From IMG/VR virus record IMGVR_UViG_3300023174_000037: a stretch of DNA of 64,000 nt, one strand, 5' to 3'. Under the pieces are notes generated by a model that saw only the letters and a list, made by a program, of their open reading frames with translations, was not told where the DNA came from and ran no database searches. Both the position numbers and the translations under genes were made by a program. Positions 26,135 to 34,592 of this stretch are shown one piece after another; position 1 is the first letter of the stretch; each line of letters starts with the position of its first letter. The stretch comes from a virus. Lineage: Duplodnaviria; Caudoviricetes.

Positions 26135-27109
26135 TTAGCAATTCCAACGACGACGTGCCTTGCAAATAGCTTTGTCTGGAGTCTTGGCACATGAAATATT
26201 GTGCATCTTCATTTGTCCACGACTGCGTGAGCAATAACTCTTTCTACGCTTTGACGCTTTGCTACCTTTTTTCAACTTTGAAGGCTTGGTAGTCACTGCT
26301 GTTTGTAGTTTGCTACCAGGATGCTCGCGGCGATATGTTTTAACTGCTTTACGACTCATACCGTCTGTCTTGTCTCGATTGTTGGCTTTTTGCCAGGCTT
26401 CGGATTCCATTAATGGGTCAGAGGTCACAGCAAACACATACAGTTCATCTTCTGTGAGACTTTCTAAATCCGCCCAAACTGCTTCTGCATCAACACCATT
26501 GTGTTCAGCAATGGTTTCAATGATACTCTCAATAAGATCAAATTCTTCATGCAGTTCAGCCCTGGCTTCCATACTTAGGCCTGTGCCCAGTTCAAGAATT
26601 CTGCTGAGTTCATCCATGTTCATCTCCTTGTCTTCATTTTTTACACAGTTTGGCACACGTTTACCAAACAGTTCTTTCATGCCTTCTTTGTGATAGCCTT
26701 TCCAGCAGGCTTCATCTAGATTTTGATTGTGCTCGTGTGTTTCACACATGCCACAGTCTTCACAGACCATTTCCATTTCAACACTTTCATTGTGTTTCTT
26801 TTTGCCTGCACAATGCGCCCGTTGGCTAAAACCTTTGGGATGGCTACAGTTAATACTGCTTTTGTATTTCTGACTCCACTTTTCATCCAGTTGATCTACA
26901 CTCTCACTTTTGTTGCCATAATTGGCCGCGCCTTTTTTACGGCATTGTACCAAGCGTCCTGACGCATAGGCACTGGGCCAAACTTTTGCTGAAGCCTTGA
27001 CCTTGTAATAGCAAGCATCTTTCTTTTCGGCAAGTATTAAATCTGTAAATGCAGGACCGCCGCATTCTGGGCAGGTTTGATGAGATTCAAATAAGTCAGT
27101 TATAATCAT
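26135..27109 (-). CDS. 324 aa modular protein of basic Cys-containing mini-domains
   Basis: CPECGG, CEDCGMC, CWKGY...PNCV and other modules, each following FE, LAE, LDE or LME. Confidence 0.75.
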   Translation of the reverse strand: MIITDLFESHQTCPECGGPAFTDLILAEKKDACYYKVKASAKVWPSAYASGRLVQCRKKGAANYGNKSESVDQLDEKWSQKYKSSINCSHPKGFSQRAHCAGKKKHNESVEMEMVCEDCGMCETHEHNQNLDEACWKGYHKEGMKELFGKRVPNCVKNEDKEMNMDELSRILELGTGLSMEARAELHEEFDLIESIIETIAEHNGVDAEAVWADLESLTEDELYVFAVTSDPLMESEAWQKANNRDKTDGMSRKAVKTYRREHPGSKLQTAVTTKPSKLKKGSKASKRRKSYCSRSRGQMKMHNISCAKTPDKAICKARRRWNC

Positions 27110-27366
27110 TTTTTCTTAGTGGCCACGTTGATGGCCGCTCCTTTTCTATTGGCGTTAGGATCCTGCCTGCGTTTACGAGCTGCCGCTGATGCACGACCTT
27201 TTTTGCCCAGGGCATGTGCTTTGGCCTGTGGCAAACATTTGGGCTTGCCTTCTTTTTCAGATCCACGGGCACAGTCACCACGAATCTTGCCATCGGGCCC
27301 AAAACGTACCCATTTTTCTTTGAACCAGTCACGTAGATTTTCAGTTACAAACTCACTGGCTCTCAT
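27106..27366 (-). CDS. small basic protein with CTS-like N-terminus
   Basis: MRASEFVTE-NLRDWFKEKW...; very Lys/Arg-rich. Confidence 0.8.
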   Translation of the reverse strand: MRASEFVTENLRDWFKEKWVRFGPDGKIRGDCARGSEKEGKPKCLPQAKAHALGKKGRASAAARKRRQDPNANRKGAAINVATKKK

Positions 27367-30300
27367 TTTTTCTTTCCTCTACGCATATTTATTTGCCAAC
27401 GTGCCAGCTGGCCTTTACGACCCGGTGCTTTTGCAGCCTTTTCTAATTGAGCCATAGTGGCACCTTTGGGTATGCCGTGACGCTGACTGTCTCCAGGACG
27501 TCCTGGACCTTTACCGTCAGCAAAGTTTTCCGCCACACCCGACGCTTGTTTTGTCAGCGTATAAGTTGCGCCACCTGGCATATCACTTCTTTCCAAATCG
27601 TAACCGCTGCCGCTGATGTAGCGTCGAAGCATTCTATCATACAGTCTAGCTCTACTGCCGGTAGGGTCATCCTCTTTTTCTGCACTGAAATTCAACCGCG
27701 CTGGTTTACGCTTGGCGATGAATTGTTGCATGGCAGCGAGCACAGTGGCAAACACTCGTGACGCATCACCTTCACCGGTGATCTCCATGTTTTCGTCACG
27801 CTCAAACTCCACCATCCAACTGTTGTCGCCTTGAGCCATGAACAGCACAATTAGTTCACTGCCGTCATCCAAGTCAGCAGTGGCATGCCAGTCACCATTT
27901 TGTTTGCGCCATTCAACGGCATAAGGTTGATCAAAGGCTTCGTTTATTGTCTCGGTCGGAGTCCATTCAAAACTAGAAACTGGCACTGAATATTTGTCAC
28001 TGAGTTTTTGTAGCAGTGCATCTAGCGTGGCAACAGGAATATTTTTAGCAACTACACGTTGGCCACGACTGCCTGGAACTGGACGATAGTATACATCAAC
28101 ATGTTCAGGATCAATGATGCGTGATTCTGCTACAGCAAATTGATTGCCCAATTGTTTTGCTAAACTTTTTTGTCTATTGATATTGGCCGGAGTGCCTGTA
28201 CCACTTTGTTTGTGATCAAACACACCATACAGTTTGATCACAGTAGGGTCACGACCATCGACACTGTAGAACAAACTGAGATCTCTGGTTAAATGCACAT
28301 GGCGCAACTTTGGCACTTTGGCCAAAGGACCAGCTGCAACAAACGGTGTGTCTTTGCCCCAAGGACGACCAGGGTTGTCGGTTTTAAATGCTAAAAATTC
28401 CTGTATCTTTGCTGGCAAGTTGGGCAGTTGGTTAGACTTGTCAGCTACTGTTTGATCAAACATACTGCTCTTTCTAATTTCAACATTATTGCCAGACTCT
28501 GACAGCATCCATGCACCTTGATCTATTTCCAGCAACAGGTTGACCAAGGCAGGATCAATACTTTCGATCATGACCGGTACTACTTCAATCTGTGTCATGT
28601 CCGCATCAGCAGGTCCATTTTGTTGCAACCATAAAGAGGCTATTCTGTTAGCATCGGCTTGACTGTTGCCTACGCCACGGAATCTATACAGTTCTTGCCC
28701 GGTATCAGTATCCAAGATTCGCCACTGTCCACTAAAACTGTTGCCTGGTGGTGCCGAACTGGCCTGATTTGTGGCGCCAAACAAGTCTCTGAATGAATAA
28801 TCAATGTTGCGGCCATCGGTTCTGTCCTGCGGGAAGTTCTGTTCTATATCCAAGGGCACTTCGGGAATGGATCCAGTTAATCTAGCCTGTAAGTCTGCGC
28901 TGTCTTGGGCGTTGTCCACAGCCTGGTTAGCATCTGCAGCCTTGGTCATTGTTGGAGCTGAGTCAGTGGTTTTGGGTCTCACGTCAAACAGATCAGGTTG
29001 TTCAGCGCCTACGCTCTTTAACCAATTTTTGCCATCTGTTTTCGCATCAGCAGCAGTGTCGCTTAAGAAGGTATGAACCACATGTCCGGTTTCTTTTTCG
29101 TACACTTCCCAATAAGGAACACCACGTTCGTTTGTGTCCTGTTTGGGTTTTTGTTGTTTAGGGTCTGTAATACGCTTGGCCAACTTGGCACGTGGTGTCA
29201 GTGTTTTAGGATCCACATACGGACGCACATTGAATCCTATGTTTTGATTAAGATACTTGTCAAATACTTTGTCAGCGGCAGCACCTTTGTTTGCAGCTTG
29301 AACTATTTCAAGTGTTGCACCAGTTTTAACATCATACACTTCCCACTGTTGATTGTCACTCATGTTGACCAATTGGTATTCACCCGAGTCCAAGGCTTCA
29401 CGACCGTATTTCATCCATACTCTATTTTTAACTTCGTCTTCTTGGAAGCCACGATATTCAGCACCTGGTACTGCGGTCCAGACGCCGTTGACCTTTTGAT
29501 ACAACTTGAAATACTGATTTATTTTCTTTTCATTACCTAGAGTTTTTTCGGCCCAGAGTTTCTTGAGTTGTTCTTTGTCTAGTTCACCTGCGGCATACTG
29601 ACTAAACAAGGCCAGTTGACTGTCGCCTTCGGGGGCAATTAATTTGTATAATTTTTTAGCATACTCTCTACGATCTGTGCTGGCGCTGGCAGCAATTTGC
29701 ATGGCACGGGCATAACGCAACATGGTACTTTGTAATTTTTCAGGATCAGCTGATTCTTCAGCCAACCAATCGCCTCCGGCACTGCGGAATTCTATGTAGC
29801 CATCTTGTATGTGAGCACTGGTATACTTGCCTTGTCCTACACCCTTTTGAATTTCTCGTTGTGCTAATTCAAGCAAGCCATGTTGCATCAACTTCAAAGC
29901 ACCGGCTGGATCTGCACGACCTGATTTGAGATTTTCACGGAAGCTCTTCATTGCTGACTTGGTGTAAGTGTTGGCTTCGCGGCCAAATTGTTGTAGAACA
30001 TATTCGTCACCTAGGAACAGAATAAGTTTTAGGTAGTCAACATCACCACCTTTGTATGGAACACTAACGCCCATGTGTAGGCCAGTTGAATCGTTAGTGT
30101 AAGCATTGCCTTCTGTGCTGTTGGCCCAGTCTGTGACTTGTTGTAATTTTTCCAAGGCCACTAGTAATGGCATTGGAGGACTTACTATTTCCAAACCGTA
30201 GTCTTCACGATCATCTGGACTCAAACTTGAATCTGGCTCTACAATCCATTGGCCTTCTTTACGTGTGGTACTGTGATAATTTGAACTTACTTTGACTGGC

Positions 30301-33300
30301 ATGTCTACAACACCTTGTAAACTGTTTCCAATATCATCCCAATCACGTGACCCATCATTGCCGCCGCCACCGGTCATGTAGGGCCAGTCTAAACCGTACT
30401 CACTGGCCACATCACTCATGTAGCGTAGGCCCGCATCATCAAAGAAACCAGAGTCGTCATCTATCTGATAATTGTCGCGGAAATCATCCAGTGCGGCATC
30501 CCAGTTTGCACCTTCTTTTCTTACTTCGTCGGCTACTAGATCATCCAATAGGCCTTCGGCTTCGCTTTGTGCATCTAGGTATTTTTCATACAGGGGATTT
30601 TCTTTTGCGTAGGCTTGCTGTTCGCTTGATCGGGTAAATTTAGGAGCAGTTTCTCCAGCTTTGATAATTTCATTTATTTCTTCATCTGACAAGTCCAACA
30701 AGGCCAACTGTTTTTGTATCTCGTCGTCCTCATCCCAATCACCTTCGTCAACCAGCACTTTACGAATCAAATCTTCGGCTTCGTCTCTAAATTCTCGAGT
30801 CATTTGTTCGTCGTACCACTCGTAATAGGCTTCATCCAACTGTTCTTGTAGTCGTGCTTCTTGCCTAGAACTTAGTCCACCATATTCGCCGTTGTTAAAG
30901 AAGTCTATAATCTGACTGATACTGCGAACACGTTCGTCGGCATCATAGTCGGGTTCCATTTCGTAATCACTGTCACCATTGTTGGTGGTGTCACGGAAGA
31001 TCAACTCAGCTTCAAATCCGGCACGTATACCTTCGGCTTCTGGACTAGTGGCCCATTTCATCAGGGCCGACGGTGACATTTTAACTTCGTCCAACTGTTC
31101 ACTTTCGGCCAAGGCAAACAGTTTCTTTTCTGCTACCTGCTTGTTGAACATTGTATAACTACGCAAGAATTCTTTTTCTTGTCGTGTAAGTTCGCGGCCT
31201 TGTTGGACTTTGGCCACTAAAAATTTATAATAGTCTGCTTTGTCACGATTCTTGGATACCGGTGCTTGAATATTTTCTTTAAACTGCGCCAGCTCTAATG
31301 CTAATTTTTCAAACAGGCCATTGGCCTTGGCAATCTGCGGAACGCCTTGCTTGTTTGTTTTGAGATTTAATTTGTTGGCTTCTTTGCCAATTTGTCCCGG
31401 CTTGATGTCCACTGTGAGTGCCATACTATAACGTGGATCCTTGGCCTGTTTCTTTGTGGGAATATAACCCGATGCACCTTCGTTGGTTGGCCCAGACGGC
31501 TTTTGCTGATTTTGTTTTTGTAGTTGATATAGCCGACTTTGATTTTGTGCGTTGACTTCACCGCGCTGAGCACGAATAAAATTGTTTAGTTCTTGAGCAA
31601 CGTCAGCTTGTATTACTGTGCTATTGTATTGTTTGGCATTGTAAAGAACACGAGCCGCATCCATTGGCCGCATGCCTTGTTGAGTAGCACAACCACTGAG
31701 ACTGCCTCCGCCGATGATGCAGGCACTTAATGCGGCCACAGCCGATCCTTTAAGGCCTTCATCAACATCTTCTTCGTGTAGGTTGTTGGCTTGTTTCTTT
31801 GTGGAAATGTAACTTGATGCTGATTCAGTGACAGAAAGTCCATGTTTTTGAATGAACTCTTGCATTTTGTTTTCAATCCATTGATCTTCTTGACCAGCCA
31901 TTCTTATTTTATATAGATTTTTGTCATTGTATTCATAGCGACTTTGGTCTTGAAAGTATTTGGAGATTTGTTCAAATGCAGCAAAAAGCTCTGGAGTCTT
32001 GGTATACTTTGATCGTTGATAGTTGGAATATTTAGAAATTTTAGTTTGTGCCCATTTTGCCCGCAGATCTTTTTCTGGAACTTGATAGTCGCTAGCTATT
32101 TTTTCTACTTCTTTTTTTATTGTTTCTGGAGTAACATCCAAGTTTCTGTCAACTCGATAGGTTATGATCTGTATTAATTTTTTGTAGGCATCTTCTAGTC
32201 CAGATTTGGGCCTGGACATAACCGCAGGATTCTTAACAGTTGAACCAGTGACGGATATGGCTCGTTTGACTTGGTTGACCAACTGATCATAAGTGTAGGT
32301 CCGCGGGGCCACACTGCGATAAATCAGTTGATCACCTTGGTACACATAAAAATATTCACCTTTGACCACTACCTTGTAGCCCAATATACCATAGGCTTTT
32401 TCAATTTCTTCTTTTAAGTTTTCTGCTTGACCCACCGCAAAGTATTCTGGATGTAGTCTAGCATAGTCACGCATCAACACACCAGCTCTGGCATTGGCTT
32501 CGTTTTCATACGGACTGCCAGTTTCGCCAGCATCAGTAGGAACCGACTCACGTTCATGTTGATGACGATGTGTAAGTTCGTGTGCCACTGTTCTGAGCAC
32601 ATCCATAATATGGCGATGTCCCCAGGCCACTTCTAATAGATTATGATCGTCGATGTAACGACCAAATGTTTTGTTTCTTACTGACCATTGTGGATCTTTA
32701 CGCAACTTGACCATCGGCATGCTTTTGAGTTTTAATTCTTTAAAACAAAAATCAATAAAGTCCGTTAGTATTTCTTCATCAGACAGTGTCGCAGGTGCCG
32801 CTTCAAGAGAAACTGTGTCAGCTTCGACCACTGTGGGGGTGCGGAATCCGTATGTTACTCTGGGTTTGGTTGTTTTTTCTGCTAAACTAAATTCTCGATC
32901 CTTGGCAGCATTTCTAGCATCATACAGGTCTTTAATTAGTCCTTGACTACGCAATATTTTGAATGCTAAATTTTCTGGACCAAACTCGCCATGTGCTTCT
33001 AATCCAGTTTGGCGCATCCGTTTAATTTTTTCTGCCAGACTAGTCATGCGTTTTAAACTGCCGCTCTTGATAGCTGACTCAATTTGGCGGCCAACTTTTT
33101 CAAACTTGTTGCGTGTGCTGGTGTCGTTGACTACGCTCTTGACTCTACGTGGAACCTGTATCCAGTCGTTGTTCAACAAGGAATATATGCCCTGACTGAT
33201 GTGCGGCTTGTCAGCATCTTGCACATACAATTCCACATCAGCACCACCAATCTTAATATCGTGTTGTTCGTTATACTGAAACTTTTTGGCATCAAACAGT

Positions 33301-33581
33301 TCACGGTAAACAGGGTTATCTGGCATGTCTACTACCAAGTGCAAATCAATATCGCTGTTGGGAGTATATGTGTAAGCCGCATTTGATCCGCTGATAGTAA
33401 TGTCTTGAATTGCTAGATCTGTTACGCCTAAAAACTCACGAAAATCGTCGGCTATTTCCAGCAGGCGTTCACGCACTTCAGGCCGCAAATGTTCACGATC
33501 GTCCCACAGGCGTGGATTTAATTGATCATTAAATTTAACAGCGTCTTCAAGATTATAAGAGTCTAATTCCGTGATGTTCAT
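27363..33581 (-). CDS. 2072 aa multidomain polyprotein (pol-beta NTase, zincin, amidoligase, RelE/YafQ-like and others)
   Basis: SGSN...SDIDLH; HELTH...YENEA; GFEAE, EPDSSL, LEIVSP, STGLH, IEFRS; RHVHLTRDLSLFY. Confidence 0.85.
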   Translation of the reverse strand: MNITELDSYNLEDAVKFNDQLNPRLWDDREHLRPEVRERLLEIADDFREFLGVTDLAIQDITISGSNAAYTYTPNSDIDLHLVVDMPDNPVYRELFDAKKFQYNEQHDIKIGGADVELYVQDADKPHISQGIYSLLNNDWIQVPRRVKSVVNDTSTRNKFEKVGRQIESAIKSGSLKRMTSLAEKIKRMRQTGLEAHGEFGPENLAFKILRSQGLIKDLYDARNAAKDREFSLAEKTTKPRVTYGFRTPTVVEADTVSLEAAPATLSDEEILTDFIDFCFKELKLKSMPMVKLRKDPQWSVRNKTFGRYIDDHNLLEVAWGHRHIMDVLRTVAHELTHRHQHERESVPTDAGETGSPYENEANARAGVLMRDYARLHPEYFAVGQAENLKEEIEKAYGILGYKVVVKGEYFYVYQGDQLIYRSVAPRTYTYDQLVNQVKRAISVTGSTVKNPAVMSRPKSGLEDAYKKLIQIITYRVDRNLDVTPETIKKEVEKIASDYQVPEKDLRAKWAQTKISKYSNYQRSKYTKTPELFAAFEQISKYFQDQSRYEYNDKNLYKIRMAGQEDQWIENKMQEFIQKHGLSVTESASSYISTKKQANNLHEEDVDEGLKGSAVAALSACIIGGGSLSGCATQQGMRPMDAARVLYNAKQYNSTVIQADVAQELNNFIRAQRGEVNAQNQSRLYQLQKQNQQKPSGPTNEGASGYIPTKKQAKDPRYSMALTVDIKPGQIGKEANKLNLKTNKQGVPQIAKANGLFEKLALELAQFKENIQAPVSKNRDKADYYKFLVAKVQQGRELTRQEKEFLRSYTMFNKQVAEKKLFALAESEQLDEVKMSPSALMKWATSPEAEGIRAGFEAELIFRDTTNNGDSDYEMEPDYDADERVRSISQIIDFFNNGEYGGLSSRQEARLQEQLDEAYYEWYDEQMTREFRDEAEDLIRKVLVDEGDWDEDDEIQKQLALLDLSDEEINEIIKAGETAPKFTRSSEQQAYAKENPLYEKYLDAQSEAEGLLDDLVADEVRKEGANWDAALDDFRDNYQIDDDSGFFDDAGLRYMSDVASEYGLDWPYMTGGGGNDGSRDWDDIGNSLQGVVDMPVKVSSNYHSTTRKEGQWIVEPDSSLSPDDREDYGLEIVSPPMPLLVALEKLQQVTDWANSTEGNAYTNDSTGLHMGVSVPYKGGDVDYLKLILFLGDEYVLQQFGREANTYTKSAMKSFRENLKSGRADPAGALKLMQHGLLELAQREIQKGVGQGKYTSAHIQDGYIEFRSAGGDWLAEESADPEKLQSTMLRYARAMQIAASASTDRREYAKKLYKLIAPEGDSQLALFSQYAAGELDKEQLKKLWAEKTLGNEKKINQYFKLYQKVNGVWTAVPGAEYRGFQEDEVKNRVWMKYGREALDSGEYQLVNMSDNQQWEVYDVKTGATLEIVQAANKGAAADKVFDKYLNQNIGFNVRPYVDPKTLTPRAKLAKRITDPKQQKPKQDTNERGVPYWEVYEKETGHVVHTFLSDTAADAKTDGKNWLKSVGAEQPDLFDVRPKTTDSAPTMTKAADANQAVDNAQDSADLQARLTGSIPEVPLDIEQNFPQDRTDGRNIDYSFRDLFGATNQASSAPPGNSFSGQWRILDTDTGQELYRFRGVGNSQADANRIASLWLQQNGPADADMTQIEVVPVMIESIDPALVNLLLEIDQGAWMLSESGNNVEIRKSSMFDQTVADKSNQLPNLPAKIQEFLAFKTDNPGRPWGKDTPFVAAGPLAKVPKLRHVHLTRDLSLFYSVDGRDPTVIKLYGVFDHKQSGTGTPANINRQKSLAKQLGNQFAVAESRIIDPEHVDVYYRPVPGSRGQRVVAKNIPVATLDALLQKLSDKYSVPVSSFEWTPTETINEAFDQPYAVEWRKQNGDWHATADLDDGSELIVLFMAQGDNSWMVEFERDENMEITGEGDASRVFATVLAAMQQFIAKRKPARLNFSAEKEDDPTGSRARLYDRMLRRYISGSGYDLERSDMPGGATYTLTKQASGVAENFADGKGPGRPGDSQRHGIPKGATMAQLEKAAKAPGRKGQLARWQINMRRGKKK

Positions 33582-33587
33582 AGATAG

Positions 33588-33593
33588 TATTTA
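33588..33593 (-). promoter_or_regulatory. TAAATA late-promoter-like core heading the polyprotein cluster
   Basis: TAAATA-6 nt-ATG immediately downstream of a terminator. Confidence 0.6.
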
Positions 33594-33600
33594 CCGGATA

Positions 33601-33628
33601 AACAAAAGCCGCTAACTTAGCGGCTTGT
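33601..33628 (-). terminator. intrinsic terminator
   Basis: Perfect inverted repeat AAGCCGCTAA-C-TTAGCGGCTT followed by TTTTGTTT on the minus strand. Confidence 0.85.
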
Positions 33629-33648
33629 GTAGATTAAACAAAATAGAT

Positions 33649-34542
33649 TTATTTTTTCTTTTTCTTGCTGGATGCTAATACTTTAGCTTCAACTGGTTTA
33701 GCAGGTGATGTATCCACCACTGTTGGGCCTCCCAATGCTGTGCCGTTTTGTACGGCCAATGCATGTAGATCTTTGTAAAGTTGATCTTGCGTTTGGAAGT
33801 CAAACACATAGGTGCCCGTGTGACGTAATAGCACACGCTTATCAACCCACACTTGGCCGCCAATGTCGCGCCAGTTTTCGCAGAAAGTCCAGTCTTCGCT
33901 ATAATAGCGGTTTTCGCGCACTGCTGTGTCAAAGTAGGTTTTCATGTAGGGATTAAGTTCCGCAGGCAAACCAATATCGTTAATAAAAGGTTTGGTAGCA
34001 GGGTGAGCATTTAATTTCTCAAATACATCACGTTTGATCAACATAAAACCTGTGCCGGTTTTGCTGACTTCTTGTAGAGTTCCATCTTCACTGACTTGGG
34101 CGCCATCAAATCCGTTGACACACCATTTGACCGGCAGGCTCTTCATTGGATATAGGCCGCCGATGACATCTTTTTGTGCGTTGAGCATGACCAGTAGGTG
34201 CCATGGTTCCCAACCAATGTCCGCATCAATAAACATCAGATGAGTGCTTTCTTTGTTGTGTAAGAACTTGGCTGTAAGAGTGTTACGAGCACGTGAAATT
34301 AAACTTTCATTGGTCATGGTTTCCATGGTCCAATCAATGCCTAGTTGACGACAAGTGTTTGACCACTTGATATAGCTCATGAATGTTGATTCTGTCAGCA
34401 TGCCGCCATAACACGGCATACAGATATGCACACGGGTGGTTTTTAAATAGTCAACGTTGACTTGAATCTGTTGTTGACCTGGCTGTAATGCCGGCGCTTG
34501 CGGGGTTGCTGTGGTTGGTGTTGCAGGTTGGGTTTCAGCCAT
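33649..34542 (-). CDS. GT-A fold glycosyltransferase-like protein
   Basis: ICMPCYGG, ESLISRARN, MFIDAD (DxD), SEDWTFC. Confidence 0.8.
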   Translation of the reverse strand: MAETQPATPTTATPQAPALQPGQQQIQVNVDYLKTTRVHICMPCYGGMLTESTFMSYIKWSNTCRQLGIDWTMETMTNESLISRARNTLTAKFLHNKESTHLMFIDADIGWEPWHLLVMLNAQKDVIGGLYPMKSLPVKWCVNGFDGAQVSEDGTLQEVSKTGTGFMLIKRDVFEKLNAHPATKPFINDIGLPAELNPYMKTYFDTAVRENRYYSEDWTFCENWRDIGGQVWVDKRVLLRHTGTYVFDFQTQDQLYKDLHALAVQNGTALGGPTVVDTSPAKPVEAKVLASSKKKKK

Positions 34543-34592
34543 AAGTTCCTCTATTAAAGTGTAAGATATTTAATAGAGTATAACACACCCGG

